A stretch of 64,000 bases of DNA from a virus. Lineage: Duplodnaviria; Caudoviricetes. The notes below the pieces were generated by a model. The model saw nothing but the letters and a program-made list of their open reading frames with translations, ran no database searches and was not told the DNA's origin. Positions 62,469 through 64,000 of the stretch are shown piece after piece. The DNA lies in IMG/VR virus record IMGVR_UViG_3300027845_000169, positions 1-64,000 of that record. One strand, 5' to 3'. The translations under genes and the position numbers were made by a program. Position 1 is the stretch's first letter; each line of letters starts with the position of its first letter.

Positions 62469-63329
62469 TCAAAACTGCATAAATGATTGTCGGCTGATTC
62501 GTGGCATGAATATAGGACGGGTGAACTCGGCCTTGTATGTTTCCGCTGCGCTGGCCTCGGCTCCACAATCTTCCGGAACGACTCTAAAGACATCTCCATC
62601 GTATTCAACAGAATGAGATGTGTCGGCATTTCTTTTGTATGTGTAGGTAACCTTTACAGTCCATACCCCACAAGATGATTCATTATTAGGAATACGGAAC
62701 TTTCCATTTAGATTACTCCATGATGTCTTTCCGGGACCTCGGCTTTGACCTCCGGCCACGGTCATAACTCCACTATCGTCTGCATAAGTCTGCCCTTGAG
62801 GGTCAGTCCAAACAACGGTCCATGACAAACCACCATCACCACCACCGGCTCCGCCATCAGCGTAAGGTGGAAGCCAACATTTCTTATCAACATAGCCTTT
62901 TGATGCTCCATATTCACCACAGTTAGCCTTGCTGGTGTTATAGACGGATAAATCTAATTCCCACTCCACTTCTTGATTGACGAAGTATTGTTCTTGATTA
63001 GTTTCAAAATCTTCCATCTTAATTCCTTTAGGCTTATATGCTGCGTTGCTAAACTCCTTTTTCTTTTGGCTGTTAAACCAAACCTTTTTCTCGGCATGAT
63101 GTTCTTCACGATATTTATCGCAATTACAAGGGCCTACATTTGAAGAATCGTCACCATCAGTTGTTTCTGTGGTTGAAGTGTCGTCAGTATTGTCAGTTGT
63201 TGTTGTAGTTGTCGTAGTTGCTGCTGGTGTAGTTGCTGCCGGTAATGTGCTTGCTGAACTTTGGCTGTTCATATACCATATCAGTCCGCCACCTATTGCC
63301 GCTATACCAATTAATTTATTCCGGTCCAT
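62469..63329 (-). CDS. N-terminally anchored Cys-containing beta-rich protein
   Basis: TM helix, poly-Thr linker, HHAE before the globular domain; similar to 4326-5051. Confidence 0.65.
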   Translation of the reverse strand: MDRNKLIGIAAIGGGLIWYMNSQSSASTLPAATTPAATTTTTTTTDNTDDTSTTETTDGDDSSNVGPCNCDKYREEHHAEKKVWFNSQKKKEFSNAAYKPKGIKMEDFETNQEQYFVNQEVEWELDLSVYNTSKANCGEYGASKGYVDKKCWLPPYADGGAGGGDGGLSWTVVWTDPQGQTYADDSGVMTVAGGQSRGPGKTSWSNLNGKFRIPNNESSCGVWTVKVTYTYKRNADTSHSVEYDGDVFRVVPEDCGAEASAAETYKAEFTRPIFMPRISRQSFMQF

Positions 63330-63330
63330 C

Positions 63331-63990
63331 TTAATCACTTCTTTTCATATTTGCTATAATTGGTAATAGGAGAGCCACTCCGGACGCAACCGCAATTGGC
63401 ATCCAGTTAGTTTTCTGCTCGGCTTCCTTTACCATTTGTATAGGAACGGGAGATAGAGATTCAAGAGCCTTGACCTCCATTGATGGTGGAAGGTAATTTA
63501 CAATTTTAGAGGCTGGCACTCGTTGAACGATGTGTCGTGCAGCGGAAGGTGTTTCTCCTTCATAGTGTCGGCGACTCCACAAAGTAGCCGCAATCTTTAC
63601 CTTAGAAATCTCTTCATCAAATCCGGCTGCCTTGAGTGTAGCCCAAATCATCTCCAAAGTATTGGTTCCTTCTTCGTGTCCGTCCTCACCTTTTGGTGGG
63701 AACAACCATGATTGATAATCAGCCAAAGGCATGGCTGCAATATCCACTCGGTCTTCGGCCATTGAAACTTCAAAGTTATAGTCGTTAGGACTCTCCATGT
63801 ATGGTGCTGGGACTGGTTCACTCATTGGACCACCTTCTTCCATAGGGTCAATTCCACTTGGTTCCAGTAGGTGTGGTGCGTCTAAGTTTCCATGTTCACC
63901 TGCATTCGGCAAAGTTTCCACATTATCTTCCGACATAGTAGGTTCTTCAATAACGGGTTCGTCTTCCGGTTCATCTCCGACTTCCGACAT
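63331..63990 (-). CDS. Acidic protein with C-terminal TM anchor (possibly truncated by window edge)
   Basis: Reading frame stays open to the window end; SMAE and KEAE before the TM helix. Confidence 0.6.
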   Translation of the reverse strand: MSEVGDEPEDEPVIEEPTMSEDNVETLPNAGEHGNLDAPHLLEPSGIDPMEEGGPMSEPVPAPYMESPNDYNFEVSMAEDRVDIAAMPLADYQSWLFPPKGEDGHEEGTNTLEMIWATLKAAGFDEEISKVKIAATLWSRRHYEGETPSAARHIVQRVPASKIVNYLPPSMEVKALESLSPVPIQMVKEAEQKTNWMPIAVASGVALLLPIIANMKRSD

Positions 63991-64000
63991 AAGTGCCTTC

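Overview
This window looks like part of the genome of a large archaeal DNA virus or virus-like extrachromosomal element. It has no ribosomal, translation or core metabolic genes, and no recognisable HK97 capsid, portal, terminase or tail genes. The host is probably a euryarchaeon such as Thermoplasmatota/marine group II, but this is inference only. The first ~1.1 kb is non-coding and repeat-rich. The left arm (1-36.6 kb, mostly + strand) carries an unusually cell-like archaeal information-processing set: AEP primase small subunit, TFB, Holliday-junction-resolvase-like nuclease, Cas4-like nuclease, XPD/DinG helicase, dNMP kinase, divergent MCM-like helicase and a full-length family D DNA polymerase large subunit (DP2). 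It also has a protein-kinase-like gene and a PTC7-like PP2C phosphatase. The right arm (36.6-64 kb, all - strand) looks like a virion module: a 1968-aa collagen-like fibre, glycosyltransferases, four paralogous beta-rich putative capsid proteins, an AAA+ ATPase and many small membrane proteins. Three unexplained patterns stand out. (1) Membrane-anchored mosaic proteins have small domains repeatedly delimited by a [F/Y/M/L]-x-A-[E/D] motif, suggesting a protease-processed polyprotein cargo system. (2) A rigid TTAA[A/G]TAG promoter lies 29-30 nt before the start codon of most genes, in two apparent classes. (3) There are two structured non-coding RNA candidates, one a 72-nt tRNA-sized RNA with its own promoter. 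Family assignments come from motif recognition by eye, not database searches.
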